Positions 22,462 to 30,935 are shown, counted from the stretch's first letter. The stretch: DNA of 40,118 nucleotides from Acidobacteriota bacterium (GCA_004297655.1 SCUN01000192.1:1-40118), one strand, 5' to 3'. Numbers and translations: made by a program. The notes: generated by a model from the letters alone, not told the origin.

Positions 22462-23294
22462 TGCTTGGGACCTCGGGGACCCCGAGGCCCGCGGGGACCA
22501 CGTGGCGGACCGCCGTAGCCCTTCGGTCCGCCGAACTTCTTGGGTCCTGTGCCGAACGACTTGCCGCCGCCGAACTTCTTCGGTCCGCCAAACGACTTCC
22601 GTTCGCCAAACGGCTTTGCGGCGCCAAAGGGCTTGCGCTCACCGAACTTCTTCGGCCCGTCGAAGGGCTTCCGGGCGCCGAACGGTTTGCGATCGCCAAA
22701 CGGTTTTCGGTCGCCGAAGGGCTTGCGCTCGCCGTCGAAGGGCTTGCGCTCGCCATCAAACGGCTTTCGTGCCCCAAACGGCTTTCGCTCACCGAACGGC
22801 TTGCGGTCCCCAAAGGGTTTTCGCTCGCCGAATGATTTCCGCTCGCCGAACGGTTTGCGATCACCAAACGGCTTTCGCTCGCCAAAGGGTTTGCGCGCGC
22901 GGAAGTCGCCCTCCGGCCTCGGCGGACGCGGTGGCCTCGGGATGGCGTCCCCCGCCGGCTCGACATCGCGCGGCCGGCCGAAATTTCGCTCCTTGAACCG
23001 CGCGCGTCTTACGTCGCGCGGGATGTCGTACTTGGCGCGAGGATCCTTGTGTTCGCCGCCAGGACGCCAATCGGGCTTTCGCTCTTTGCGGAACTCTTCG
23101 CGCTTCAGGCCTTCGGCGAGGGCTTCGTCGCGCGAGTTGAAGAACTTCGCGCCGTCAAACCACTTGATCTCGGCATCCGGCTGCGTCCGCTGCAGTTGAT
23201 GCAGCGTCGTTTCCAGCATCGATCGGTCGCTCGAACGAAATGACGTCGGCACGTCGCCCGACACGATCACCCAGTATTTTCCTGCTCTCGCCAT
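22458..23294 (-). CDS. Uncharacterised protein: ~100-aa N-terminal domain plus ~20 RKPFG(E/D) repeats and a GPR tail
   Basis: Non-repetitive N-terminus (YWVIVSGDVPTSFR, DWRPGGEHKDPR); repeats use varied synonymous codons; sits 15 bp after the sigma54 activator. Confidence 0.8.
   Translation of the reverse strand: MARAGKYWVIVSGDVPTSFRSSDRSMLETTLHQLQRTQPDAEIKWFDGAKFFNSRDEALAEGLKREEFRKERKPDWRPGGEHKDPRAKYDIPRDVRRARFKERNFGRPRDVEPAGDAIPRPPRPPRPEGDFRARKPFGERKPFGDRKPFGERKSFGERKPFGDRKPFGERKPFGARKPFDGERKPFDGERKPFGDRKPFGDRKPFGARKPFDGPKKFGERKPFGAAKPFGERKSFGGPKKFGGGKSFGTGPKKFGGPKGYGGPPRGPRGPRGPRGPKQ
22465..22895 (-). repeat. Coding tandem repeat, 18-bp (RKPFGE/D) and 9-bp (GPR) units
   Basis: Direct reading of the translated frame. 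Confidence 0.9.
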
Positions 23295-23309
23295 AGTTGT
23301 CTCGTGCTT

Positions 23310-24710
23310 CTAGTGCCCGGTTCGTTCCAGGCGCTTCAATTTCTCGATCAGCGTCGTGCGTTTCAGGCCGAGGAGTTCGGCCGCCTGCCGTTTGTTGCCG
23401 TTCGTCTTCGCGAGAGCCTGCCGAATGCGCGTGTGCTCGTACCGTGAGACTTCGTCATCGAGCAGGATGCCTGAGTCCGGCAGCTCCAGGTCATCGGCCG
23501 GACGAACTGCGGTGGTCTGCCGCACATCTTCGGAGAGGTCGGACGCCTCGATCTGCGACCGGCCCGGCGACAGCGCGAAGGCGCGTTCGATGACGTTCTC
23601 GAGCTGGCGCACATTGCCCGGCCAGTCGAACGACATGAGCGCCTGCTGCGCTTCCTGCGACAGCGTCACGCGGCCCCGCGGGGGCGACGCGTCTTTCGAG
23701 AAGCGTTCGAGGAAGTGCTGCGCCAGAAGCGGCACGTCCGCGCGGCGCTCGCGCAGGGCCGGCACGTGCACAGGAATGACGTTCAACCGATAGTACAAAT
23801 CCTCGCGGAACGTCCCGGCTTCGACCATCTTCTTCAAGTCGGAATTCGTAGCCGCAATCACGCGCACGTCGACTTTCACGGTTTGCGAGTCGCCGACGCG
23901 CTCGAACTCGCGCGATTGAAGAACCCGCAAGAGCTTCGATTGCAGCGCGGGGCTCATCGTGCCCACTTCGTCCAGAAACAGCGTGCCGCGATGGGCCTGC
24001 TCGAGCCGCCCCTGACGGTTGGCGACGGCGCCAGTGAATGCGCCGCGCACGTGCCCGAAGAGCTCGGCTTCGAGCAGCGTCTCCGGGATCGCGCTGCAGT
24101 TGATCGCGACAAACCGCTGGCTGCGCCGCGGGCTCGCGTCGTGAAGTCCACGCGCGGCCAGTTCCTTGCCCGTGCCGGTCTCGCCCGTGATCAGCACAGT
24201 GCTGGAGGTCGCCGCGACCGTCTCGAGCAGTTCGAATAACCGCATCATGATCGGCGTCCGGCCGATCATGCCGTCGATGCGATATCGATCGCGCAACTGC
24301 GCGCGCAGATAGGCGTTCTCGGAACGCAAGCGTCGGCGCTCAATCGCGACGCTCAACTCGTGCCGGAGCTCCTCGAACTGGAAGGGCTTGGTGATGAACC
24401 CTTCCGCGCCGATGCGCGTGACCTCGACCGCTTCCCTCACGGTCGCGTACCCGGTGATGACGATGGCGATGATGTCGGGATAGCGGGCGAGGGCCTCATC
24501 GAGGAGCTGCCGGCCGTCGACGCCCGGCATGCGCAAGTCAGTGATGAGGACGTCGAAGGCGAATTCGGCCAGCCGCTCGAGGGCGGCTTCGCCGGTGCCG
24601 GCTTGTTCGACGCGGAAGCCCTGTTCGCCGAGTTGCTCGGCAATCGCCGAACGAAACCCCTCCTCGTCGTCAACAAGCAGCAGGTGAGTGGGGTTCTCGG
24701 CTGCCGGCAT
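23310..24710 (-). CDS. Sigma54-dependent response regulator (REC-AAA+-Fis HTH; NtrC/AtoC/FleR family)
   Basis: LLVDDE, ITDLRMP, KPF; GETGTGKE, ELFGHVRGAFTGA, FREDLYYRLNV, WPGNVRQLEN; HTH AAELLGLKRTTL; ATG 24710 preferred over GTG 24734. Confidence 0.95.
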   Translation of the reverse strand: MPAAENPTHLLLVDDEEGFRSAIAEQLGEQGFRVEQAGTGEAALERLAEFAFDVLITDLRMPGVDGRQLLDEALARYPDIIAIVITGYATVREAVEVTRIGAEGFITKPFQFEELRHELSVAIERRRLRSENAYLRAQLRDRYRIDGMIGRTPIMMRLFELLETVAATSSTVLITGETGTGKELAARGLHDASPRRSQRFVAINCSAIPETLLEAELFGHVRGAFTGAVANRQGRLEQAHRGTLFLDEVGTMSPALQSKLLRVLQSREFERVGDSQTVKVDVRVIAATNSDLKKMVEAGTFREDLYYRLNVIPVHVPALRERRADVPLLAQHFLERFSKDASPPRGRVTLSQEAQQALMSFDWPGNVRQLENVIERAFALSPGRSQIEASDLSEDVRQTTAVRPADDLELPDSGILLDDEVSRYEHTRIRQALAKTNGNKRQAAELLGLKRTTLIEKLKRLERTGH

Positions 24711-24783
24711 TGGGCTGACGGCATTTTGACACACCGGTGCGGTCTACAGGCGGTTCCGACGCGGGCCGATAGTTTCAGCGAAT

Positions 24784-25056
24784 ATGAACCTGGTCGACCG
24801 CGAAACAGTCTCCATCCCCAGAGCCTGTGAATTGGTGAGCGTCAGCCGCCGAACCATCTACAACTGGATTTCAAGCGGGAAGGTCCAGTACGTGCGGACC
24901 GCCGGCGGGTCGGTCCGCATCTTCGCCGACACGCTGTGGCGGGATCCCGCCGCCGTTTCTCCCAAGGGAGAGGAACTTGACCGACGACCTAGCCCGGCAG
25001 TTTCACCAGCTGAACAACCAACTCGGGGTGATTCTCGCGAACGCCGAATTGCTTGA
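24784..25056 (+). CDS. Small excisionase/BldC-like (HTH_17, MerR-fold) DNA-binding protein
   Basis: SIPRACELVSVSRRTIYNWISSGKVQYVRTAGGSVRI matches the HTH_17/BldC pattern; C-terminal ~30 aa low complexity. Confidence 0.82.
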   Translation: MNLVDRETVSIPRACELVSVSRRTIYNWISSGKVQYVRTAGGSVRIFADTLWRDPAAVSPKGEELDRRPSPAVSPAEQPTRGDSRERRIA

Positions 25057-25168
25057 GCAGCGGGCGACCGATCCTGCCCACAAAGCGCGTGCGGGCCAGG
25101 TCGTCGCCGGGGCGCTCGAGGCCATCACGATCGCCAAACGCATCCGACAATTGACGTCAGCTCAATGA
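24977..25168 (+). CDS. Stand-alone HisKA/DHp micro-protein (63 aa)
   Basis: H-box FHQLNNQLGVILANAELL plus second helix ...AITIAKRIRQL; GGAGAGGA RBS before TTG; no ATPase domain follows. Confidence 0.72.
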   Translation: MTDDLARQFHQLNNQLGVILANAELLEQRATDPAHKARAGQVVAGALEAITIAKRIRQLTSAQ

Positions 25169-25200
25169 CGGCAGGGTGTTCGGACGTCAGTCCGTTGACG
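25155..25200. promoter_or_regulatory. Tandem palindromic enhancer-like sites CGTCA-N6-TGACG
   Basis: CGTCAGCTCAATGACG (25155-25170) and CGTCAGTCCGTTGACG (25185-25200), 30 bp apart, ~150-190 bp upstream of a sigma54 promoter. Confidence 0.7.
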
Positions 25201-25344
25201 CCTTCGGCACACTTCGGCGCACCGTTGCACACGGCTGCACGGTTCCTCTCAAGTCATCTAAGTCGTTAACAGCCAGTGCTTTAGTCGTGGTTCTGCTTCC
25301 CAGGACCGGCCTCCTGTGCTTTCGCCTTGCTTTCGTTTTTCCGC

Positions 25345-25361
25345 TTGGCACTGGCGTTGCC
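25345..25361 (+). promoter_or_regulatory. Sigma54 (-24/-12) promoter of the FliA/WhiG gene
   Basis: TTGGCACTGGCGTTGCC: GG-N10-GC with TGGCAC and TTGC; predicted +1 near 25372. Confidence 0.85.
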
Positions 25362-25373
25362 ATTACAGGGGGC

Positions 25374-26198
25374 ATGCAGACCACTCCGCTTGCCGCTGCC
25401 CAGTACGACCGCGTCGTCGCCACTCTGCCGTTTGTGGAGTCGCTGGCGCGACGGATGGCCTCGACGATGCCGCACTCGATCGACCTCGGCGATCTCGTGC
25501 AGGACGGCGTGCTCGGTCTGATCGACGCCGCGAATCGCTTCGATGAAGCGCGCGGGATCAAGTTTGAGACGTTCGCGGAGCGCCGCGTACGCGGCGCGAT
25601 GATCGACGCGCTGCGTCGCGATGCCTGGCCGCGGGGCGTGCGCCGGGTGCGTCGCGAACTCGAAGCGGCGCGCGAACAACTGCGGCGCGAACTGGGCGGC
25701 GAGCCAACGATGGCCGATCTGGCGAAGCGCGTCGGCGTCGAGGAAAGCCGGCTCGAGCGCACGATCGTGCGGATCAACACCATTGAGTCGACGTCGGCGA
25801 TGGCCAACGCCGAGACCATCGACCAGTCCACGCTGCCGGCGGTGCTCGTGCCGAGCGAGCCGCCGTCGCCGCATCAGTCCTACGTGCAGACGGAGCTTCG
25901 CGAGCGCATGCGCGCCGCCATGCGCGCGTTGCCGTCGCGCGAACGCCGCATCATCGCGATGTACTACTTCGAGGAAGCGACGATGAAGCAGATCGGCGAC
26001 GAGATCGGCGTGAACGAGTCGCGCGTCTCGCAGCTGCATGCGCGGGCGATCACCCGATTGCGGAAGGCGGTCGGCGTTGGCGCCGACGCGTTCTTCGAGC
26101 CGTCGCGGACGGCGGCGGCCTCCGCGGCCCGGAAAGACAAACCGGCGAAGTCTAGCCGACTGTCTCTCGTGCGACGCGAACGAGATCGCGCAGCCTAA
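25374..26198 (+). CDS. FliA/WhiG-family (sigma28-type) RNA polymerase sigma factor
   Basis: DLVQDGVLGLIDAANRFD, GIKFETFAERRVRGAMIDALR, WPRGVR, YYFEEATMKQIG, VNESRVSQLHARA; real start ATG 25374. Confidence 0.93.
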   Translation: MQTTPLAAAQYDRVVATLPFVESLARRMASTMPHSIDLGDLVQDGVLGLIDAANRFDEARGIKFETFAERRVRGAMIDALRRDAWPRGVRRVRRELEAAREQLRRELGGEPTMADLAKRVGVEESRLERTIVRINTIESTSAMANAETIDQSTLPAVLVPSEPPSPHQSYVQTELRERMRAAMRALPSRERRIIAMYYFEEATMKQIGDEIGVNESRVSQLHARAITRLRKAVGVGADAFFEPSRTAAASAARKDKPAKSSRLSLVRRERDRAA

Positions 26199-27693
26199 AG
26201 GGCTTCGCGAGCCAGCGGCATCCGCTCTCCTCGAGGAATCGCTCGGCTTCCGTGCCGGCGACGTCGCCGGTGACGAAGACCATTCGCTTCGACAACGCCG
26301 GCCGCGTCACCGCGAGCCGGCGATAGAGCGACGGGCCGTCGAGTTTCGGCATCTTCAAATCACAGACCACCAGGTCATAAGACTGGCGATCGATCAGCGC
26401 GAGCGCGTCTTCGCCGTTGGTCGCGCGATCGACGACAAACCCGGCGTCGCCGAGCGCATCGGCCACGGCGGTACCCAGTGCCGCCTCGTCTTCCACCACG
26501 AGCGCGCGGGTGCCTTTGGGCACTTCCGGCGCCGGCCGCGCCGGGATCGGCGCGCTCATCCGCAGACTGTTGCCGCCGACCGGCAGTTCGAGCGTGAACG
26601 CCGCGCCGCGGCCGCCGGCGCTGCCGGGAATGGACGCGACGCTCAGGGTGCCGCCGTGTTCCTGGGCGATCGCGTAGGCCACGGTCAGGCCGAGGCCGGT
26701 GCCTTTGCCGACTTCCTTCGTCGTGAAGAACGGGTCGAAGATCTTCGCCTGCACATCCGCCGGAATCCCGGGGCCATCGTCGCTCACTTCGAGCTTGACG
26801 CAGTCGTGCTCGGGCTCGTGCCACGAGCGGAGGATCAGCGTGCCTCGGCCGTGCGCGCCGATCATGGCCTGTTCGGCGTTGATGATGAGGTTGAGCAGCA
26901 CCTGTTGGATCTGATGCGGGTCCGCGAACACCTGAGGCAACCCTGACGCCAGCGCTTCGAGGATGACGACATTGGCGACGCGCTGCTCGTAGGCGCGCAG
27001 CGCGAGCGTGTCGCGGACGACGTGATTGAGGTCCACCATCGTGCGCGTGGTGTGGCGCTTGCGCGCGAACGTCTGGAGATTGCGCACGATGCGCGCGGCA
27101 CGTTCGGCCGCGTTGTGGATGGCGTCGAGGTCGCGCCGCGTGGTCTCGTCGAGCGGCTTGCCGGTCAGGCGTTCGGCGCAGGCCAGCACGGTCGCCAGCG
27201 GGTTGTTGAGTTCGTGCGCGACGCCGCTCATGGTCTGTCCCAGCGCCGCAAGTTTCTCCGCCTGCAGGAGCTGGTGGTACAGATCGCGCGCCTGGTCCTC
27301 GAGCTTCTTGCGTTCGGTGACGTCGCGCATGACGGCTTCGATGCGCAGCGTGCCGTCACGCGGCATCGTGTCGGCGCGGGCGGTGACCTCGACCCACATC
27401 GCCGAGCCGTCGGCGCGGCGGAGACGCAACAGGTAGTCCTGCGTCGAGCCGTCGCGCGCCAATTGCTGAAGGAAGGAGGCTCGCGCCTGGGTATCGACGA
27501 AGCGGGCGGGCTCGAACGGCCGCACATCGCCGGCGGGGACGTCGTCGGCCCACCCGAACATGAGGCGGAGGTGCGGATTGGCGGCGAGCGTGGCGGTGGA
27601 TTCGGCCGTTGCGCCCACGAGGCCGATGAACACGCCCTCGTGGACGGCTTGGAACAGGCGCGCGAACGCGTCGCTTGAAAGGGACGCGGGCAC
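26152..27693 (-). CDS. PAS hybrid histidine kinase (PAS-HisKA-HATPase-REC)
   Basis: [15 protein letters not shown]...RDVTERK; AHELNNPL; NLIINA; DDGPG; [16 protein letters not shown]; REC VVEDE, CDLKMP, AKPF; AGGAG RBS before GTG. Confidence 0.95.
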   Translation of the reverse strand: MPASLSSDAFARLFQAVHEGVFIGLVGATAESTATLAANPHLRLMFGWADDVPAGDVRPFEPARFVDTQARASFLQQLARDGSTQDYLLRLRRADGSAMWVEVTARADTMPRDGTLRIEAVMRDVTERKKLEDQARDLYHQLLQAEKLAALGQTMSGVAHELNNPLATVLACAERLTGKPLDETTRRDLDAIHNAAERAARIVRNLQTFARKRHTTRTMVDLNHVVRDTLALRAYEQRVANVVILEALASGLPQVFADPHQIQQVLLNLIINAEQAMIGAHGRGTLILRSWHEPEHDCVKLEVSDDGPGIPADVQAKIFDPFFTTKEVGKGTGLGLTVAYAIAQEHGGTLSVASIPGSAGGRGAAFTLELPVGGNSLRMSAPIPARPAPEVPKGTRALVVEDEAALGTAVADALGDAGFVVDRATNGEDALALIDRQSYDLVVCDLKMPKLDGPSLYRRLAVTRPALSKRMVFVTGDVAGTEAERFLEESGCRWLAKPFRLRDLVRVARETVG

Positions 27694-27700
27694 GATTCTC

Positions 27701-28219
27701 CTAGTCGCCCTTACCGCGCGTTGGCGGCATCGGCGTGGGCGTGTGGCCCGGGTACGACGATGCGTATTTGGCTTCGATCAGCTTGCGGATATCGGCGGTG
27801 CTGGCGCCGGCGTTGCTCATCTGCATCGTCTCGAGCGCGACGCGGAGGCAGATCTCGCAGTTGATCCCGTGATTGTCCCAGGTGATGCCGTTCTTGCGGC
27901 TGGCGACGAAGCACGACTCGTTGCTCTTGTGGCCGCCGCGCTCGCAGCCGCAGAAGCAGGGGATGTAGCTGATGACTTCCGGGTGGCGGGCGGCGAATTC
28001 GTACGCCATCTTCACTTCGGCCAGCGACAAGGGGGCGTTGTCGGCGCCGGGCGGCAGCGGCGGGAGATCGGGCGCGATCGACAAGCGGTTCGCCGCAGGT
28101 GTGACCGCGGATGTCAGCGGCACGGGTTGTGATGAATCCGGAGGCGGCGTGGCGTTTTTGGAGCACGCGGCCCCGGAAAAAATGATGAGAAGCACGGCGA
28201 TCAGCAGTCGTGAGCGCAT
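27701..28219 (-). CDS. PCYCGC-motif lipoprotein
   Basis: Lipobox FSGAAC; IPCFCGC, HKSNESCF, WDNHGINCEIC; 3' part of listed ORF 27701-28618. Confidence 0.85.
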   Translation of the reverse strand: MRSRLLIAVLLIIFSGAACSKNATPPPDSSQPVPLTSAVTPAANRLSIAPDLPPLPPGADNAPLSLAEVKMAYEFAARHPEVISYIPCFCGCERGGHKSNESCFVASRKNGITWDNHGINCEICLRVALETMQMSNAGASTADIRKLIEAKYASSYPGHTPTPMPPTRGKGD

Positions 28220-28256
28220 GCGAAATCTTAGCATCTCGCAGTACACTGACTGCTTC

Positions 28257-29054
28257 ATGTTCACGGCGGACTTGCTCGCGGGGAAGACCGCGATCGTCAC
28301 CGGCGGCGGCACCGGCCTGGGCCTGGCGACGGCGCAGCGGTTTGCGTCGCTCGGCGCGAACGTGGTGCTGGCGAGCCGCAACACGGAGCATCTCGAAACC
28401 GGCGCCGCGGCGGTGCGCGCGACGGCGCCGTCTGCCGGCGTGTTGACCGTCGTGACCGACGTCCGAAAACCGGAAGACGTCGATCGAATGGTGGCCGAGA
28501 CCGTGTCGAGGTTTGGCACGGTCGACATCCTGGTCAACAACGCTGCCGGGAACTTCATCTGCAAGGCCGAGGATCTCTCGCCCAACGGCTGGAACTCGGT
28601 GATCAACATCGTGCTCAACGGCAGCTTCTATTGCTCGCGCGCGGTTGGCCGGCACATGATCGCCGCCGGGCATGGCGGCTCGATTGTGTCGATCGTCGCG
28701 ACCTACGCGTGGACGGGCAGCGCCGGCACGATTCATTCGGCGGCCGCCAAAGCCGGGGTGATGGCCATGACCCAGACGCTCGCGGTGGAGTGGGCGCGCC
28801 ACAAGATTCGCGTGAACGCCGTGGCGCCGGGTCCGATCGAATCGCCGGGCGCGGCGAAGCAGTTGTGGGCGTCGGAAGCCGATGTCGCGAAGATCACCGA
28901 GATGGTGCCCCTCAAACGGTGGGGCAAGCCTGAGGAAATCGCCGACGCGGTGACGTTTCTCGTCTCGCCGCAATCCGGGTACATCACCGGCGATGTGCTC
29001 GTGGTGGACGGCGGCAATTGGCTCGGTCGCGGACCGTTCGGGTTCATCTCATGA
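28257..29054 (+). CDS. SDR oxidoreductase, 2,4-dienoyl-CoA reductase (FadH/DECR-like)
   Basis: TGGGTGLG, NNAAGNFICKAEDLSPNGWNSVINIVLNG, HSAAAKAG, LAVEW, APGPI. Confidence 0.88.
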   Translation: MFTADLLAGKTAIVTGGGTGLGLATAQRFASLGANVVLASRNTEHLETGAAAVRATAPSAGVLTVVTDVRKPEDVDRMVAETVSRFGTVDILVNNAAGNFICKAEDLSPNGWNSVINIVLNGSFYCSRAVGRHMIAAGHGGSIVSIVATYAWTGSAGTIHSAAAKAGVMAMTQTLAVEWARHKIRVNAVAPGPIESPGAAKQLWASEADVAKITEMVPLKRWGKPEEIADAVTFLVSPQSGYITGDVLVVDGGNWLGRGPFGFIS

Positions 29055-30019
29055 TGGCGCTCTTCAAACTGCCTCGCATCGCTGAAATCGACGGCAGCAC
29101 CACGGGGTGGGGATTCTTTCTTTGCGCGCAGAAGGACCTGCGACCGACCAAAGCGGGCGGCAGCTATCTCGCCCTGGTGTTGCAGGATGTCAGCGGCGAG
29201 ATCGCCGCGAAGATCTTCGACGGCGCGGAGCAACTCGACAAACAGTTCAACAAGGGCGACTTCGTCAAGGTGTCGGGACGAGGCAACCTCTACAAGAACC
29301 AGCTCGAGCTGGTGCTCGAGAACATCCGCAAGGTGAACCCGGCGAAGGACGCCGCCGACGGTTTCCGCGAAGAGGATTGCATTCCGAGCGCGCCGCGGCC
29401 GATCGACGAGATGTGGCAGGAACTCCTCGGGCACGTCGAACGCGTGCGGCGGCCGGAACTGCGCGCGTTGCTCGACCGCATCCTCGCGAAGCACGGTCCC
29501 AAGCTGAAGATCTGGCCGGCCGCCGTGACCGTGCATCACGCCTATCGAGGCGGGCTGCTCGAGCACGTGCTGAAGATCATTCAGGTCGGCACGGCGCTGG
29601 CGGATGCCTACGAGGTGGATCGCGACCTCATCATCGCCGGCGGCATCCTCCACGACCTCGGCAAGATCGAAGAACTCACGTATGAGGGCGCCATCGGCTA
29701 TTCGGTCGAAGGCAACCTCGTCGGGCATATCGCCATCGGGCTCGGCATGCTGCAGGAAGCCGCGCGCGAAGACGCGTCGTTTCCCGATCAGCTCCGCCTC
29801 GAACTCGAGCACATCGTGCTGTCGCATCACGGTGCGCGTGACAAAGGATCGCCCGTCGTGCCGATGACATTGGAGGCCTTTGTCTTTGCGGCGACCGACG
29901 ACCTCGACGCGAAGATGTTCCAAATGAGAAAACACATCGCCGACGACTCGGGCGACGGCGCCTTCACGCAGTTCAGCAAGCGGCTCGATCGCGTGCTGTT
30001 CAAGCCGCCACAGGCCTGA
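29051..30019 (+). CDS. yhaM: YhaM/Cbf1-family 3'-5' exoribonuclease (OB fold + HD)
   Basis: YLALVLQDVSGEI, PAAVTVHHAYRGGLLEH, LHDLGK, GHI, HIVLSHHG, GSPVVP, DDLDAK. Confidence 0.88.
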   Translation: MMALFKLPRIAEIDGSTTGWGFFLCAQKDLRPTKAGGSYLALVLQDVSGEIAAKIFDGAEQLDKQFNKGDFVKVSGRGNLYKNQLELVLENIRKVNPAKDAADGFREEDCIPSAPRPIDEMWQELLGHVERVRRPELRALLDRILAKHGPKLKIWPAAVTVHHAYRGGLLEHVLKIIQVGTALADAYEVDRDLIIAGGILHDLGKIEELTYEGAIGYSVEGNLVGHIAIGLGMLQEAAREDASFPDQLRLELEHIVLSHHGARDKGSPVVPMTLEAFVFAATDDLDAKMFQMRKHIADDSGDGAFTQFSKRLDRVLFKPPQA

Positions 30020-30026
30020 TATCGCG

Positions 30027-30935
30027 GTGACCTCGAGCCACGAAACGCGTCGGGCCTGGCTGGCCTGGTTCGCGATCTGCCTGATCTGGGGCACGACCTA
30101 TCTCGCGATCAAGATCGCGCTCGGCACCATCCCGCCGCTGCTGGTCGGCGGCCTTCGCTACATCATCGGCGGCCTCGTGATGGTGGCCGTTCTCAAACAA
30201 CAGCGCCGACGGCTGCCGCCCATTTCCGCGTGGCCGACGCAGGCCGTCATCGGCTTCACCATGCTGAGCCTGGGCAACGGCGGCGTCGTGATCGCCGAAC
30301 AGTATTTGACGAGCGGCCTGACGGCGGTGCTGGTCGGCACGAGCCCGTTCTGGATGGTCGGCATCGACGCGGCGTTCCCCGGCGGCAAGCGCCTGCGGCT
30401 GCAGCAGGTGATCGGCATGACCGTGGGCTTTCTGGGCATCGTCCTGCTCGTGTGGCCGGACCTCGAGGCGTCGAGTTTCGGCGCCGGGACGCTGATCGGC
30501 GTGGTGGCGGTGCAGATCGCCTGCATCGGGTGGTCGATTGCCTCGTCGTACAGCAAACGGCACGTGCAGTCGGCCGATGTGCTCGGCACGGCGACCCTCC
30601 AGATGATCTTCGGCGGCGTCTTCATGGCGCTCGGCGCCACGCTCCGCGGCGAATGGCCGCACCTCTCGTTCACGCTCTCGACGACCGCCGCGCTCGCGTA
30701 CCTGGCGATTCTCGGATCGGTCGTCGCGTTCGTCTCGTACTCCTACGCGCTGAAACACCTGCCGATCTCGGTGGTGTCGCTGTATACCTACGTGAATCCG
30801 GTCATCGCCGTCGCGCTCGGCGCCCTGTTGCTGCACGAGCCCTTCGGGGGGCGGCAGTTCGCGGCCGCCGGCGTCATCGCGCTCGGCATGGTGATCATTC
30901 GCAACGACAAGAAGCCCGAAGGCGAGGTGTCATGA
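30027..30935 (+). CDS. EamA/DMT family transporter (YedA-like)
   Basis: LIWGTTYLAIK, GNGGV, YTYVNPVIAVALGALLLHEP; ~10 TM. Confidence 0.92.
   Translation: MTSSHETRRAWLAWFAICLIWGTTYLAIKIALGTIPPLLVGGLRYIIGGLVMVAVLKQQRRRLPPISAWPTQAVIGFTMLSLGNGGVVIAEQYLTSGLTAVLVGTSPFWMVGIDAAFPGGKRLRLQQVIGMTVGFLGIVLLVWPDLEASSFGAGTLIGVVAVQIACIGWSIASSYSKRHVQSADVLGTATLQMIFGGVFMALGATLRGEWPHLSFTLSTTAALAYLAILGSVVAFVSYSYALKHLPISVVSLYTYVNPVIAVALGALLLHEPFGGRQFAAAGVIALGMVIIRNDKKPEGEVS

Noticed and set aside
22465-22895. Repeat array as a possible CRISPR
   Set aside because: 18-bp coding repeats with no spacers, and no cas genes.
22540-23199. + strand ORF with RSPNGF repeats
   Set aside because: Mirror of the RKPFG repeats; the minus frame has the unique N-domain and operon coupling.
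24784-25056. Prophage or ICE implied by the excisionase-like gene
   Set aside because: No integrase, att repeats, tRNA target or phage genes in the window.
25176-25373. Long N-terminal extensions in the ORF track (sigma28; also 6656, 19254, 20489, 27972, 28618, 30230)
   Set aside because: They overlap promoters or neighbouring genes and precede the recognisable domain or signal peptide; downstream starts were chosen.
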